Assembly (NCBI GenBank): GCA_902784285.1
Contig: CACZUL010000003.1
Location: forward strand, 1 to 33,886
Direction of reading: 5' to 3'
Length of the DNA stretch: 33,886 nt
From: an uncultured Pseudomonadota bacterium
GTDB lineage: Bacteria; Pseudomonadota; Alphaproteobacteria; Rs-D84
A program made the translations under genes and the position numbers. This document shows positions 9,515 through 19,146 of the stretch, piece by piece. How positions within the stretch are numbered: position 1 is the stretch's first letter; each line of letters begins with the position of its first letter. The notes under the pieces are model-generated. The model had not been told where the DNA came from, did not search any database, and saw only the letters and a list, made by a program, of their open reading frames with translations.

Positions 9515-11707
9515 ATGTTTAAGTCTGGAACAATCGTAAAAGTTTTATTGCCCAATGTAGTAAATTGCGGATATGATTATCGCCTGAATTCCGATGCAGA
9601 TTTAGGGGCCTTTGTGCGGGTTACACTTATGAACCGGCCTTATGTTGGTGTGATTTATGGGGTTGGTGATGGTGGTGTTGCCCCAGAAAAAATCAAGAAT
9701 ATATCGACGGTTTTCCCATGGAAATTATCGGTTGCTGACCTGCAGTGGATTCAAAAAATGTCTGAATGGACATTGATGGCCCCAGGTGCAGTATTACGGT
9801 TGATTATCAATGTTCCTGATGCTTTTAATGACCCAAAAACAGAACAACTTTACGTGTATAATTTTGACGCGCCGAAATCCAAGATGACTGAAAATCGCCA
9901 GATGGTTTTAGATGCATTTGAATTAAATGATAATGATCCAATGTCGGCATCTGATATTCAATCAATTGCGCGTGTTGGTCCGTCTGTGGTTAAAACGATG
10001 ATTTCGCGTGGCATGTTGATACCAACATTATCGCGTCCAATAGAACAGTCATTTGAATACCAATATCGCGATATGGGTAATATAGAATTAAATGCCGAGC
10101 AACACGCCGCAGCAGATAAAATAGGTCATGATATAGAGCAGGGTGGTTTTTCTGTAAACTTACTTGACGGTATCACGGGCAGTGGTAAGACCCAGGTTTA
10201 TTTTGATTCATTGTGGCGGGCATACAGCGCGGGAAAATCTGTATTACTGATGATGCCGGAAATTGCATTGACTACGCAATTTATCAAAAGATTTGAATCA
10301 CGATTTGGGGCTGCGCCTGTTGTGTGGCACAGTAACCTGACCGCGGCTCGCCGGCGCGATATATGGCGCGGTGTGATGCAGGAAAAAATAAAAATCGTTG
10401 TAGGAACCCGCAGCGCGCTTTTCTTGCCGTGGCAAAATCTAGGGTTGATAGTCGTTGATGAAGAACACGATTCATCCTATAAACAAGAAGATATGGGAAA
10501 TTATCATGGGCGCGATATGGCGATTCTGCGGGCCAAATTGGCGAATTTTCCCGTTGTTTTGGCATCGGCCACGCCATCCGAAGAAACAATGCATAATATT
10601 GAAATCGGACGCTATGGGCATTTGATTTTACGTTCGCGGTATGGTGGTGCAGAATTACCGAAAATTGAAACAATCGATATGCGTGAGCATCGTCCTGATG
10701 AATACAATATTGGTGAAGATGTCCGCATGGGGACATTGTCTCCGGTGTTATGCGAAGAAATTAAAAATACATTGAATAATCACCAACAGACTATGTTATT
10801 TATAAATCGGCGTGGTTTTGCCCCAATTGTTCAGTGTAAAAAATGCGGATGGGTCGCGACATGTGGCGACTGTTCTGTTGGAATGACATATCATAAAAGA
10901 TTGGGAAAATTATTATGTCATATGTGTGGTCGAACGATGACTTTGCCGAATATGTGTCCAGAATGTGGCGGTGAAATATCTATGCGTGGTGCCGGATTGG
11001 AAAAAATAGAAGAAGAAGTTCATGCGCGTTTTCCAAATGCCCGGACTGCCTTGGTGTCCAGTGATACAATGATGTCGCGTGGGGCATTGGAAAGATTGGT
11101 TGCCAAAATGGAATCGGGCGAATTAGATATAATAATCGGAACGCAAATATTGGCCAAGGGTCATCATTTTCCAAACCTTACTTTGGTCGGTGTTGTTGAT
11201 GCGGATATGGGATTGTTCGGAACAGATTTTCGTTCGTCCGAACATACTTTTCAACAGTTGTTCCAGGTTGCCGGTCGTGCTGGTCGCGGCAAAATTCCGG
11301 GGCGTGTTTTATTACAAACATATCAACCGACACATCCGGTGTTAATGGCTATTTGTAGTGGAAATCGTGATGAATTTTTGCACGCAGACATGGACGCACG
11401 TCGCAGTGCAAAAATGCCACCATTTGGACAATTAATTGCGGTTATTATTGAATGTCAAAAAGAATCTGTGTTAAAAAAATTCTGTGATGACTTGGCGCGC
11501 AATATTCCAAATGTAAACGGGGCGCGTATAATGGGACCGGTTATGGCGCAAATATATGTTGCGCGCAATTGGTATCGTATGCGCTTTTTAATATCTGGCG
11601 ATGCGCGCGCACATCTACAACCAGTGGTAAAATTGTGGTTGTCGCGTGTCCGACCACCGGCAAATGTCCGAATCAAAATAGATGTAAATCCTATGAACTT
11701 TATGTAA
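9515..11707 (+). CDS. priA: Primosomal protein N' (replication restart helicase)
   Basis: GITGSGKT, VDEEHD, four CxxC motifs, QVAGRAGR, IDVNP C-terminus. Confidence 0.98.
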   Translation: MFKSGTIVKVLLPNVVNCGYDYRLNSDADLGAFVRVTLMNRPYVGVIYGVGDGGVAPEKIKNISTVFPWKLSVADLQWIQKMSEWTLMAPGAVLRLIINVPDAFNDPKTEQLYVYNFDAPKSKMTENRQMVLDAFELNDNDPMSASDIQSIARVGPSVVKTMISRGMLIPTLSRPIEQSFEYQYRDMGNIELNAEQHAAADKIGHDIEQGGFSVNLLDGITGSGKTQVYFDSLWRAYSAGKSVLLMMPEIALTTQFIKRFESRFGAAPVVWHSNLTAARRRDIWRGVMQEKIKIVVGTRSALFLPWQNLGLIVVDEEHDSSYKQEDMGNYHGRDMAILRAKLANFPVVLASATPSEETMHNIEIGRYGHLILRSRYGGAELPKIETIDMREHRPDEYNIGEDVRMGTLSPVLCEEIKNTLNNHQQTMLFINRRGFAPIVQCKKCGWVATCGDCSVGMTYHKRLGKLLCHMCGRTMTLPNMCPECGGEISMRGAGLEKIEEEVHARFPNARTALVSSDTMMSRGALERLVAKMESGELDIIIGTQILAKGHHFPNLTLVGVVDADMGLFGTDFRSSEHTFQQLFQVAGRAGRGKIPGRVLLQTYQPTHPVLMAICSGNRDEFLHADMDARRSAKMPPFGQLIAVIIECQKESVLKKFCDDLARNIPNVNGARIMGPVMAQIYVARNWYRMRFLISGDARAHLQPVVKLWLSRVRPPANVRIKIDVNPMNFM

Positions 11708-11735
11708 AAAATACCCGCGTTCGCGGGCATTTTTT
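11707..11735. terminator. Bidirectional intrinsic terminator
   Basis: AAAAATACCCGCG-TT-CGCGGGCATTTTT. Confidence 0.65.
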
Positions 11736-12132
11736 ACCTGCTGTGATTTGGCGTGGATTTGCCTTGTTTATGTTTTGTAAACAGATTTTTTAACCCTTCA
11801 AGAAATGGTTTTTTCTTTTCGTATTTTTCGATAATTTCTTTTTCGCGATCTGGTCCTTGATATGCATACGGATTCAAAGATTGTGAACCCTTGATTGCCC
11901 GTAACAAATCTATGGTAGACAGTATTTTATTGTTGTCATTTGCATCAAATCTTTTACCTGATGTTTCCAATTCTTGGGCCATACTGTAACACATCTTAAT
12001 TTTTTCATCAATTATGCGATTAAATTCTGCCTGGTTAACAACCTGGCCTTTTGCACCAATGGCACCGACACTAAATAATTCGTGTTTCATATCATCGGTT
12101 ATTTTGTTTAGTCGTTCGTCTAAATTAAGCAT
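11734..12132 (-). CDS. Hypothetical protein (132 aa)
   Basis: ORF with an AAGGA SD. Confidence 0.7.
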   Translation of the reverse strand: MLNLDERLNKITDDMKHELFSVGAIGAKGQVVNQAEFNRIIDEKIKMCYSMAQELETSGKRFDANDNNKILSTIDLLRAIKGSQSLNPYAYQGPDREKEIIEKYEKKKPFLEGLKNLFTKHKQGKSTPNHSR

Positions 12133-12161
12133 TTTATTTTCCTTTGTTTGTGTTAAATTTT

Positions 12162-13121
12162 TTATACAACCTCGGTTACTGCACGCAATGAACCATCGCG
12201 TGATAATTGAACAACACGAATTTTTTGCTTCATTTCCGCAATCAAGTCTGTACGGTCGTATGCGGGTTGTGTATGTAAAATTCTATCGGCAAATGCGGCA
12301 TACGCGGCATCGGCACTTTCTGCGTGAATTGTTGTATAGAAATGTTCATGACCCGTCCCCAGCATTTCCCACATAACCGCCGCATTATCAGTTGAGATTT
12401 CACCACCGATTATAACATCTGGGGTCATACGAACGACCAAGTCCAGCAACCTGGCATAATTAAAGTTATTCGATTGTTCGGTGCGCGATAAAACAAAATG
12501 AACACGATTTTTCTGGGGAACGCGAACTTCGCGGGCATCTTCCACGGTGATGACACGACTGTTTTGGTCAATTAGTGTCAACATGTGGTTCAGGAAAGTT
12601 GTCTTACCGGTTGCGGTTGCACCACTTATTATAATCGGACTGCCATCATTTATGGCGGACATTAAACGGTCGTATGGATCATCGGGGCGATTCGTTTCAC
12701 GTGGTTTAACCTTCATCAACTTTTCGCCGTGCTTCAAATGATAATTTTCAAAAGACGTTTCGGCAACCCCTCCACCACGTATATTTAATGCGACCCCCCC
12801 GGTTATGTCGCGTTCATCATATTGAACGTTTGGACCGGCGATGGCGCTAAAACGATGGTTGCCGGGCAATGTGGCATAAACAACCGGCACGCCACGAATC
12901 GGGTCAAATGGTCTTTCATAGATATTTGCGATTGTATGAATTAAATCAACCAAGTATTTTTTTGTAAGTGCGGGTGCCGCATACGCAACCCATGGCACGC
13001 GTGCACCGTGCAGACGCATCCAAACCTCGCACTCGTGATTGATTGCGATTTCTTCCACAAACGACGGTCGGTAGAAATCCGACAGAGGTTTTAATAAAGA
13101 TTCCAATACTACATTTGTCAT
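12162..13121 (-). CDS. virB11: VirB11/CpaF-family secretion ATPase (orphan)
   Basis: EEIAIN, GATATGKTT, ITVEDAREV, RMTPDVIIGGE, TTIHAES. Confidence 0.8.
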   Translation of the reverse strand: MTNVVLESLLKPLSDFYRPSFVEEIAINHECEVWMRLHGARVPWVAYAAPALTKKYLVDLIHTIANIYERPFDPIRGVPVVYATLPGNHRFSAIAGPNVQYDERDITGGVALNIRGGGVAETSFENYHLKHGEKLMKVKPRETNRPDDPYDRLMSAINDGSPIIISGATATGKTTFLNHMLTLIDQNSRVITVEDAREVRVPQKNRVHFVLSRTEQSNNFNYARLLDLVVRMTPDVIIGGEISTDNAAVMWEMLGTGHEHFYTTIHAESADAAYAAFADRILHTQPAYDRTDLIAEMKQKIRVVQLSRDGSLRAVTEVV

Positions 13122-13202
13122 TTATAAAATACATTTTATCATAAATCGGCGCTTGAATCAAAATTGTTTATTTGTTAGAATTAAAAAAAAGAGAGAAAGA
13201 AA

Positions 13203-13763
13203 ATGAAAAAATTATTATTCATAATTTTTGGTCTAATGCCCGCTTTGGTTGGCTGTGCCGGTGAAGATAGGCCATACAATACCGAAGATTTTGCAAATGG
13301 TGGCGATGATGCGCCATACTATAATGAACGGACCAGTTCGTTTATGCAGGCGGATAACCAGTATGCTGGAATCGATTCTTATCGCCCAAAGTCCGATGCA
13401 GAAAAGGAAGAAAAAAATAAACGTTGGAACACTTCACGTATGAAAACACGTTGGCAAGAATACAAGGGCGCAATGGTGCGTGTTCAAATCTTGCTTGGGG
13501 ACAGTGATTTGCGCGAAATGCGTCTGCGTTTGATGCAAAATGCGGATGGTATGGATGTTGATGGCGACATTCGCACTGTTTTAGACAAGGTTGCAGATTA
13601 CGAGATGAAACGTGTGTGTGGTCGTAATGCGGACAGCATTGTGTTGGTCTATGACAATCCATCGTTTGAAACGATGCGTCCGACACCGTTCTTTGATTAT
13701 CGTATAGAGGCCGAAGGCGCAACTATGCGCGAATACGGTTTCCGTTGCGTTTACAACAAATAA
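13203..13763 (+). CDS. Hypothetical lipoprotein
   Basis: Lipobox LVGC after a hydrophobic signal. Confidence 0.8.
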   Translation: MKKLLFIIFGLMPALVGCAGEDRPYNTEDFANGGDDAPYYNERTSSFMQADNQYAGIDSYRPKSDAEKEEKNKRWNTSRMKTRWQEYKGAMVRVQILLGDSDLREMRLRLMQNADGMDVDGDIRTVLDKVADYEMKRVCGRNADSIVLVYDNPSFETMRPTPFFDYRIEAEGATMREYGFRCVYNK

Positions 13764-13790
13764 AAAAACTAACAAAAAAAAGGATGAAAA

Positions 13791-14123
13791 ATGAAAAAAA
13801 TACTTGGTGTTTTTGGTGTATGTGGCGCACTTTTCTGCGCAGGTTGTGATGCGGGTGATGTAACCGCACAAAATGGCGATACGGTCGTTATCAATTTTGC
13901 GGGTTATTTGGATGGTGTCCAATTCCCGGGTGGAACCGCAGAATCTTATCCGCTGGTTTTGGGCAGTGGCCAATTCGTTCCGGGTTTTGAAGAACAGTTG
14001 GTTGGCGCGAAAAAAGGTGAAGAACGCGATGTTAATATCACTTTCCCGACACAATATGTCCCAGATTTGGCGGGCAAAGATGTTGTGTTCAAGGTCAAAG
14101 TTGTTGATATTCAAAAGAAATAA
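13791..14123 (+). CDS. FKBP-type peptidyl-prolyl isomerase, trigger-factor-like domain, predicted lipoprotein
   Basis: GDTVVINFAGYLDGVQFPGG...LGSGQFVPGFEEQLVG...TFP..Y...LAGKDVVFKV; CAGC lipobox. Confidence 0.88.
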   Translation: MKKILGVFGVCGALFCAGCDAGDVTAQNGDTVVINFAGYLDGVQFPGGTAESYPLVLGSGQFVPGFEEQLVGAKKGEERDVNITFPTQYVPDLAGKDVVFKVKVVDIQKK

Positions 14124-14140
14124 TTTTGAATTTATGTAAT

Positions 14141-14168
14141 AAAAAACGCCGGAATTTCCGGCGTTTTT
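14141..14168. terminator. Bidirectional intrinsic terminator
   Basis: AAAAAACGCCGGAA-TT-TCCGGCGTTTTTT. Confidence 0.8.
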
Positions 14169-14998
14169 TATTTTCTTGGTTCTTTTAATCTTTCGGCCTT
14201 GCGTTGTTGGGCATCTTGAATTAGTTTTACATATTCTTCATAAGATTTAGCATGACATAATTTGTATGTTGATATTCTAACACCGAAATCCGTATATATC
14301 ACATCTTTTAAATACTTAAAGGACATTGTATCATAAAGCGGCGCCCAATAAGGATCCATTTCACTGCGTTCCACTTTGGAATCAACGGCTTTGCCTTGGG
14401 CGATAAAAGATTGTTCGGCGGTGCGCGCAATATTATAGATTCTCATGCTTAAATCTATTTTGATATTAAAAAATTCTTCTAATTCTTTTAATTTTTTTGT
14501 TAATGCGCTGGTATCTCGGCCGGCATCTTGTGCTTCACTAATCAGTTCAGACAATTTTTCCTTTGATTGAACAGAACGTCCATATACGGGGGTAATTTCT
14601 TTAATAATATGCGCAAAAATTAACTTTAAATTCCACGTTTTGTCATCGGAATTATCCGATGTGTGTTTGTGTCGAATTGGTTGCTGGACTTTTATGGAAG
14701 CAGTTTTGTGAGCCAAATCCATGAATTTTTTTGTTAAAGATTCTGAATTACAAACATGTATAAAAATCATTGTGTGCAATTGTCCAATGGAAAAATCAGA
14801 TATGTCTTGGGTAATGTCTATTTTGAACATATCCGCAATACGTTCTTTGATAAGCGCGATATCGCTTTGACCAAATATGGCTAAATCCGATAGTTTTGCG
14901 GTGGTGTCGATTTTATCTGCAAATGTAGAATTAAGTAAAATTTTGTTTACATTGTTGATAACGGAACGTCTAAGTGTTTGAGAATCTTGTTTTGTCAT
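14168..14998 (-). CDS. Hypothetical protein with ACP-like helical repeats (276 aa)
   Basis: Repeated (E/D)xFxIxI motifs; AAGGA SD. Confidence 0.7.
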   Translation of the reverse strand: MTKQDSQTLRRSVINNVNKILLNSTFADKIDTTAKLSDLAIFGQSDIALIKERIADMFKIDITQDISDFSIGQLHTMIFIHVCNSESLTKKFMDLAHKTASIKVQQPIRHKHTSDNSDDKTWNLKLIFAHIIKEITPVYGRSVQSKEKLSELISEAQDAGRDTSALTKKLKELEEFFNIKIDLSMRIYNIARTAEQSFIAQGKAVDSKVERSEMDPYWAPLYDTMSFKYLKDVIYTDFGVRISTYKLCHAKSYEEYVKLIQDAQQRKAERLKEPRK

Positions 14999-15017
14999 GA
15001 TATATTTCCTTGCTTTT

Positions 15018-15425
15018 TTATCTTTGGCGATGACGCGTAATATTAAAACCGCGTTTGGCGAACAGACCGCTGTCTGCTGCGCTCATTCCATCGGTTGGGG
15101 CCAAGGCCATATAACCACGCTTCTCTGTCATCCATTCCGCCACAGATTCAATGTCGTTGAGTGTATAATCGGCATAAATTTGAATACAAAATGCCCTTTC
15201 AATATGATGTAACTGTTTGGTCAATTTTGCGGTAATCGCACCGCCATTTTCTAAATATACATCCATCAAATCCGCTTCATAAAACATATTTGCCACGGTC
15301 TCGTTTGAATTAATATACCGATGCAGGGCATGCCCAATACGATAAGTTATCATATCGTATATCTGGCGCCGCGTCCACATATGCCGCGGCTTTTTTGGTA
15401 AAGACTGTGTGTTATTATCTGACAC
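15018..15425 (-). CDS. Hypothetical protein, paralogue of the middle domain of 14168-14998
   Basis: GTG start with AAGGGG SD; aligns by eye with its neighbour. Confidence 0.65.
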   Translation of the reverse strand: MSDNNTQSLPKKPRHMWTRRQIYDMITYRIGHALHRYINSNETVANMFYEADLMDVYLENGGAITAKLTKQLHHIERAFCIQIYADYTLNDIESVAEWMTEKRGYMALAPTDGMSAADSGLFAKRGFNITRHRQR

Positions 15426-15487
15426 AAAATAACCCCTTTAATATTTAGGGTTATTATAAACAAAAAAATTGCTTTGTCAACAATTTA

Positions 15488-16309
15488 TTAATCAACGGCC
15501 ATGATAAAAATGCCACGTTTATTGGCGGTTTTTATAACCAAATCTTTATCAACCACAAAGCATGTCCGGGCATTTACGACAATTCCGTTCAATTTTGCAT
15601 CGGCAACCGCGTTCACCGTATCAACACCAATTGCCGGAATATCAATCGTCAAATCTTGCCCCGGTTTGGTCATTTTTGCGAAAACACCGCCTTTTTTCTT
15701 GTATCCTTTTCTTATTTCAACAACGCGTTCCAACATGCGTGCCGTGCCTTCGGCGGCTTCGACCGCCAAAACCTGTTTATCAACCACAACCGATGCGCCA
15801 ATATCAGCGGCACCAATGGTGTGGGACACATCCACAGCGCGTTGGATGATTTTCTTGTCCGCGGTTGTCGGCTTTTTACGTGTAAAAATACCAGCCTTTT
15901 CAAATGTTAATTCCGGAGCCAAATCTTGGGCTGCAACCACGTTGAACCCCGCATTCGTCATAATTTTATTTAATGCCACCGCCATAGAATCATACCCCCG
16001 TTGATTTTTTAATATTTTTAACAAAGCAAAAAATGTCCACAAATCCGGTCGTAAATCTGATAAATTTGGATGCCCGATTGCGCCAACAAATATCACATTT
16101 TTTATGCCACGGCGGCGTGCCTCGTGTATTGCGGCACCCGCGCCCCCAATGCGAATAACCATATCTGGATTTAACTTTGGGTCATAAAAATTTTTAAGTC
16201 CGATTACAAAAACATTCCAACCACGTTTGCGCAATGCATCACGCACCAAGAAAGGCAGGCGCAAAGCACCAGCAACAATCGCAATTTTTTTATCAGATTT
16301 TTTTACCAT
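15488..16309 (-). CDS. lpxI: UDP-2,3-diacylglucosamine diphosphatase LpxI
   Basis: IAIVAGALRLP, RPD, DIGASVVV, AVEAAEGTARML, KPGQDLTIDIPAIGVDTV. Confidence 0.92.
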   Translation of the reverse strand: MVKKSDKKIAIVAGALRLPFLVRDALRKRGWNVFVIGLKNFYDPKLNPDMVIRIGGAGAAIHEARRRGIKNVIFVGAIGHPNLSDLRPDLWTFFALLKILKNQRGYDSMAVALNKIMTNAGFNVVAAQDLAPELTFEKAGIFTRKKPTTADKKIIQRAVDVSHTIGAADIGASVVVDKQVLAVEAAEGTARMLERVVEIRKGYKKKGGVFAKMTKPGQDLTIDIPAIGVDTVNAVADAKLNGIVVNARTCFVVDKDLVIKTANKRGIFIMAVD

Positions 16310-16398
16310 GATTATAATGGTAAGCATAAATCGCACTGGAATCAAGTTTGATTTTATGATACAATTATATGCAAGTAATATACTAAGTGGAAAATCAA

Positions 16399-17211
16399 AT
16401 GAAAAAGATATCTTGTTTTGCAATTGTTTGTGCGTGTCTAGCAATTTGTGGAAATGCGGATGCAGCGCATCGTAATCGTGCCTTTCGTGGCGAGGTTTTA
16501 CGTGGTTTGGATTCCGGACGTGTAAATTATAGTACGCGTTCTGCGGTTCCATGTGATACGCCAACCATTGATGCCACGGCGGCATCATATGCTGGTGCGT
16601 ATGGCGAATTGGGGCAAGAAGTTTTTTATGATGAATCACCCGCGAAAAATGAAGATTATAACATATATGTTCCGACATCGATGTATGTACGCATGGGGGG
16701 CGGATTAAACATCGCCGGCGCAACCAAAAAAGCACGTGTTGGAAATGAAAAACACGAATCAAGAAATTCATGGAACGTTTTAATCGGGCTTGGGTGGAAT
16801 ATGTCATCTTACGTTCGCACTGAAATTGCCTTTCAAGAATCTTCGTTCGGGTTCAAAGGTATAGATGCAAGGGCGGACTATCATACTTTAAACGGTATGC
16901 TGTATTTTGATTTTGCGCGCAGATATGTTCATCATGGTGATATAACTTATCGCCGTACATTTGTTCCGTTTATGGGAATTGGTGCCGGAATCGGTGAATA
17001 CGAATTTGCCGGTCCAGACGGCGCAGGTGGATTCTTGGTTGTCGCGCCGCGTTTGGAATTGGGTATGAATTTTATGCTGAACGACATGATTGGTTTAGAT
17101 TTGGCATACCAGTATCAAATGAATATGGGACACGGTTTTGGTTGGAATACATCGCGCAATGGTGTTGACAATATAGGCAATGTCGTGGCAACAATTCGTG
17201 TGAATTTTTAA
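16399..17211 (+). CDS. Outer-membrane beta-barrel protein (OmpA-like TM/opacity-type)
   Basis: Signal peptide; PFMGIGAGIG; LDLAYQY; C-terminal RVNF. Confidence 0.85.
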   Translation: MKKISCFAIVCACLAICGNADAAHRNRAFRGEVLRGLDSGRVNYSTRSAVPCDTPTIDATAASYAGAYGELGQEVFYDESPAKNEDYNIYVPTSMYVRMGGGLNIAGATKKARVGNEKHESRNSWNVLIGLGWNMSSYVRTEIAFQESSFGFKGIDARADYHTLNGMLYFDFARRYVHHGDITYRRTFVPFMGIGAGIGEYEFAGPDGAGGFLVVAPRLELGMNFMLNDMIGLDLAYQYQMNMGHGFGWNTSRNGVDNIGNVVATIRVNF

Positions 17212-17223
17212 CAGGGGATAATT

Positions 17224-17859
17224 ATGAAAAAATTTTTAATTTGTCTTTTATGTGTTTTACCAATGCACGCCGGAGCCGAGGTTTTATACCGTGTGCAGAA
17301 AACAGGGCTGCCTGCTGATTCGGTTAAATCAAATGATACATTTGCTTCGAATTACCGTTTCTATGTCGGGGGCATGTATGATTTGTCTTTTTGGCAGAAA
17401 GAAACTGGTGAAGATATAACATTAAAGGGCAAAACAACTTCGGGGTTTGATGCGGTTGCGGGTTTCCGCTTGTACGATACATTCCGGGTCGAGGCAGACT
17501 ATATGCACACAAATGCCAAGTGGAACGAGGCAACACTAAAAACAGATACAATTTTCATAAATGCGTTGGTTGATGCTCGGTTGAATAGTTTATATCGCTT
17601 TTTTTATAAACAATCATTGGTTCCATACGTTGGCGCTGGTATTGGTATGACATGGGTTGACGGCAAAGATACCAATGTTGAAAATGAAACAGTTGCCTCT
17701 ATGGCGGCGCTGGCTGGTTTTGGTATTGAATTAAGCGAACATGTGGCATTGGATTTGGGATACCGCTATGTCTATATGTTCAAACCCAAGGCGGAAATTT
17801 TGCCCGATATGCATCCACGTGCGCACCAAGTGCGTGCCGGTTTGCGTATAAACTTTTAA
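17224..17859 (+). CDS. Outer-membrane beta-barrel protein
   Basis: Signal peptide; FRVEADY, PYVGAGIG, LDLGYRY; C-terminal GLRINF. Confidence 0.88.
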   Translation: MKKFLICLLCVLPMHAGAEVLYRVQKTGLPADSVKSNDTFASNYRFYVGGMYDLSFWQKETGEDITLKGKTTSGFDAVAGFRLYDTFRVEADYMHTNAKWNEATLKTDTIFINALVDARLNSLYRFFYKQSLVPYVGAGIGMTWVDGKDTNVENETVASMAALAGFGIELSEHVALDLGYRYVYMFKPKAEILPDMHPRAHQVRAGLRINF

Positions 17860-17868
17860 AGGCGGTAT

Positions 17869-18792
17869 ATGAAAAAGTGTCCGTTGTTTTCCGTGTGTGG
17901 CGGTTGCCGGTACGATTTTACGGCCCCAGATTATCGCGATAAAAAAATCAAATTAATTGATGATTGGGAAACATCATTTGAACCTTTTTGGACTGATGCG
18001 GGGTGTCGTCGCCGCGCAGATTTTGCTTTTGCGGATGGACAGTTCGGGTTTTATGAGCGTGGCACAAAAAATATAGTGCCGGTGAAACACTGTCCAAATT
18101 TGGTTCCAGAAATCAATCGAGTGCTAACAAAAATTGCGGATTTGCCATTTGAAGGTGCAGGCAGTGCCTTGATAACACTGTGCGAAAACGGGATAGATTT
18201 GGCAATTACATCAAATGTGCCGTACTTTTCGCGCCAATTTAAATCTGAAGCAGAAAAATTGGGTTTTGTACGTGTTACATGGAACGGAACAGTAGTATAT
18301 CAGAAAGATACTCCGCGTATAAAGTTTGGTAACAATGTTGTTGATTATCCAATTGGCACATTTTTACAACCTACGGTGCCCAGTGAATCCGCAATGCGCC
18401 GTTTTGTTGTGGAAAACGCGGCGGGCGCGAAACACATCGCCGATTTATTCTGTGGTATTGGAAATTTTACTTTCGCGCTGAACGCGGATGGTTTTGATAT
18501 TGCCGGTATTGGGGTTCAACGCGATTTGTTTAAAAAGCCATTAACGGCAAAAATGTTAAACAATTATGATTTAGTGGTTATGGATCCGCCACGCGCCGGG
18601 GCCGAGGCACAATCCTACGAGTTGGCAAAATCAAAAGTGCCACGGATTATTTATGTTTCATGTAATCCGACAACACTGCGGCGCGATTCGCATATATTGA
18701 CGCGTGCGGGGTATAATATAACAGATATTGCGGCATTTGACCAATTCGTAGGCAGCCCACATTGGGAATTGGCCATAGTTTTCCAAAAATAA
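17869..18792 (+). CDS. RlmD/TrmA-family RNA m5U methyltransferase (compact, no TRAM domain)
   Basis: CPLFSVCGGC, FLQP, DLFCGIG, DPPRAGA, YVSCNP, DQF...HWE. Confidence 0.9.
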   Translation: MKKCPLFSVCGGCRYDFTAPDYRDKKIKLIDDWETSFEPFWTDAGCRRRADFAFADGQFGFYERGTKNIVPVKHCPNLVPEINRVLTKIADLPFEGAGSALITLCENGIDLAITSNVPYFSRQFKSEAEKLGFVRVTWNGTVVYQKDTPRIKFGNNVVDYPIGTFLQPTVPSESAMRRFVVENAAGAKHIADLFCGIGNFTFALNADGFDIAGIGVQRDLFKKPLTAKMLNNYDLVVMDPPRAGAEAQSYELAKSKVPRIIYVSCNPTTLRRDSHILTRAGYNITDIAAFDQFVGSPHWELAIVFQK

Positions 18793-18802
18793 TTTAATAA
18801 GC

Positions 18803-18993
18803 AAAAAAAAGCACCGCCGTTTCCGGCGGTGTTTCCGAATGCCCTGAAAGGAAGGAAAGGAGAAAAAGAAATGGGCATTCTAAACTTGGTTGGGGTCCAA
18901 AGTCCAGAGGAGAGAGAATGTAGGAGGGAGTCTGGAATCTCTGGGCCCCACGAACATTTAAGTGTCCGGTCATCAGGTTTTACCCCTTTGACG
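18803..18993 (-). ncRNA. Candidate trans-acting sRNA with CU-rich anti-SD loops
   Basis: TTGACA-17-TATATT promoter (19028-19000); two hairpins with CUCCCUCCU and UCUCCUUUCCUUCC loops; terminal CACCGCCG-GAAA-CGGCGGUG plus U8 terminator. Confidence 0.75.
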
Positions 18994-19146
18994 AATCGAA
19001 ATATAATACAACCAAAAGCATTTGTCAAGTGTTTTTGTCAAAAATTTTTTTATGTCAAATTAAACCCCATTGTTTCCTAGGAAATGGTGCTTGTTGTCGG
19101 CATGGCCGGTTGTGAATAGAATTTATATTGTAGCAAGGGGGAAAAT

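Noticed and set aside
16310-16807. N-terminal extension of LpxI in the 439-aa ORF call
   Set aside because: Overlaps the OMP gene on the other strand; LpxI similarity and a promoter point to a start at 16309.
18651-19080. Short ORFs over the 18.8-19.0 kb intergenic region
   Set aside because: No plausible protein features; the promoter, hairpins and terminator fit a non-coding RNA better.
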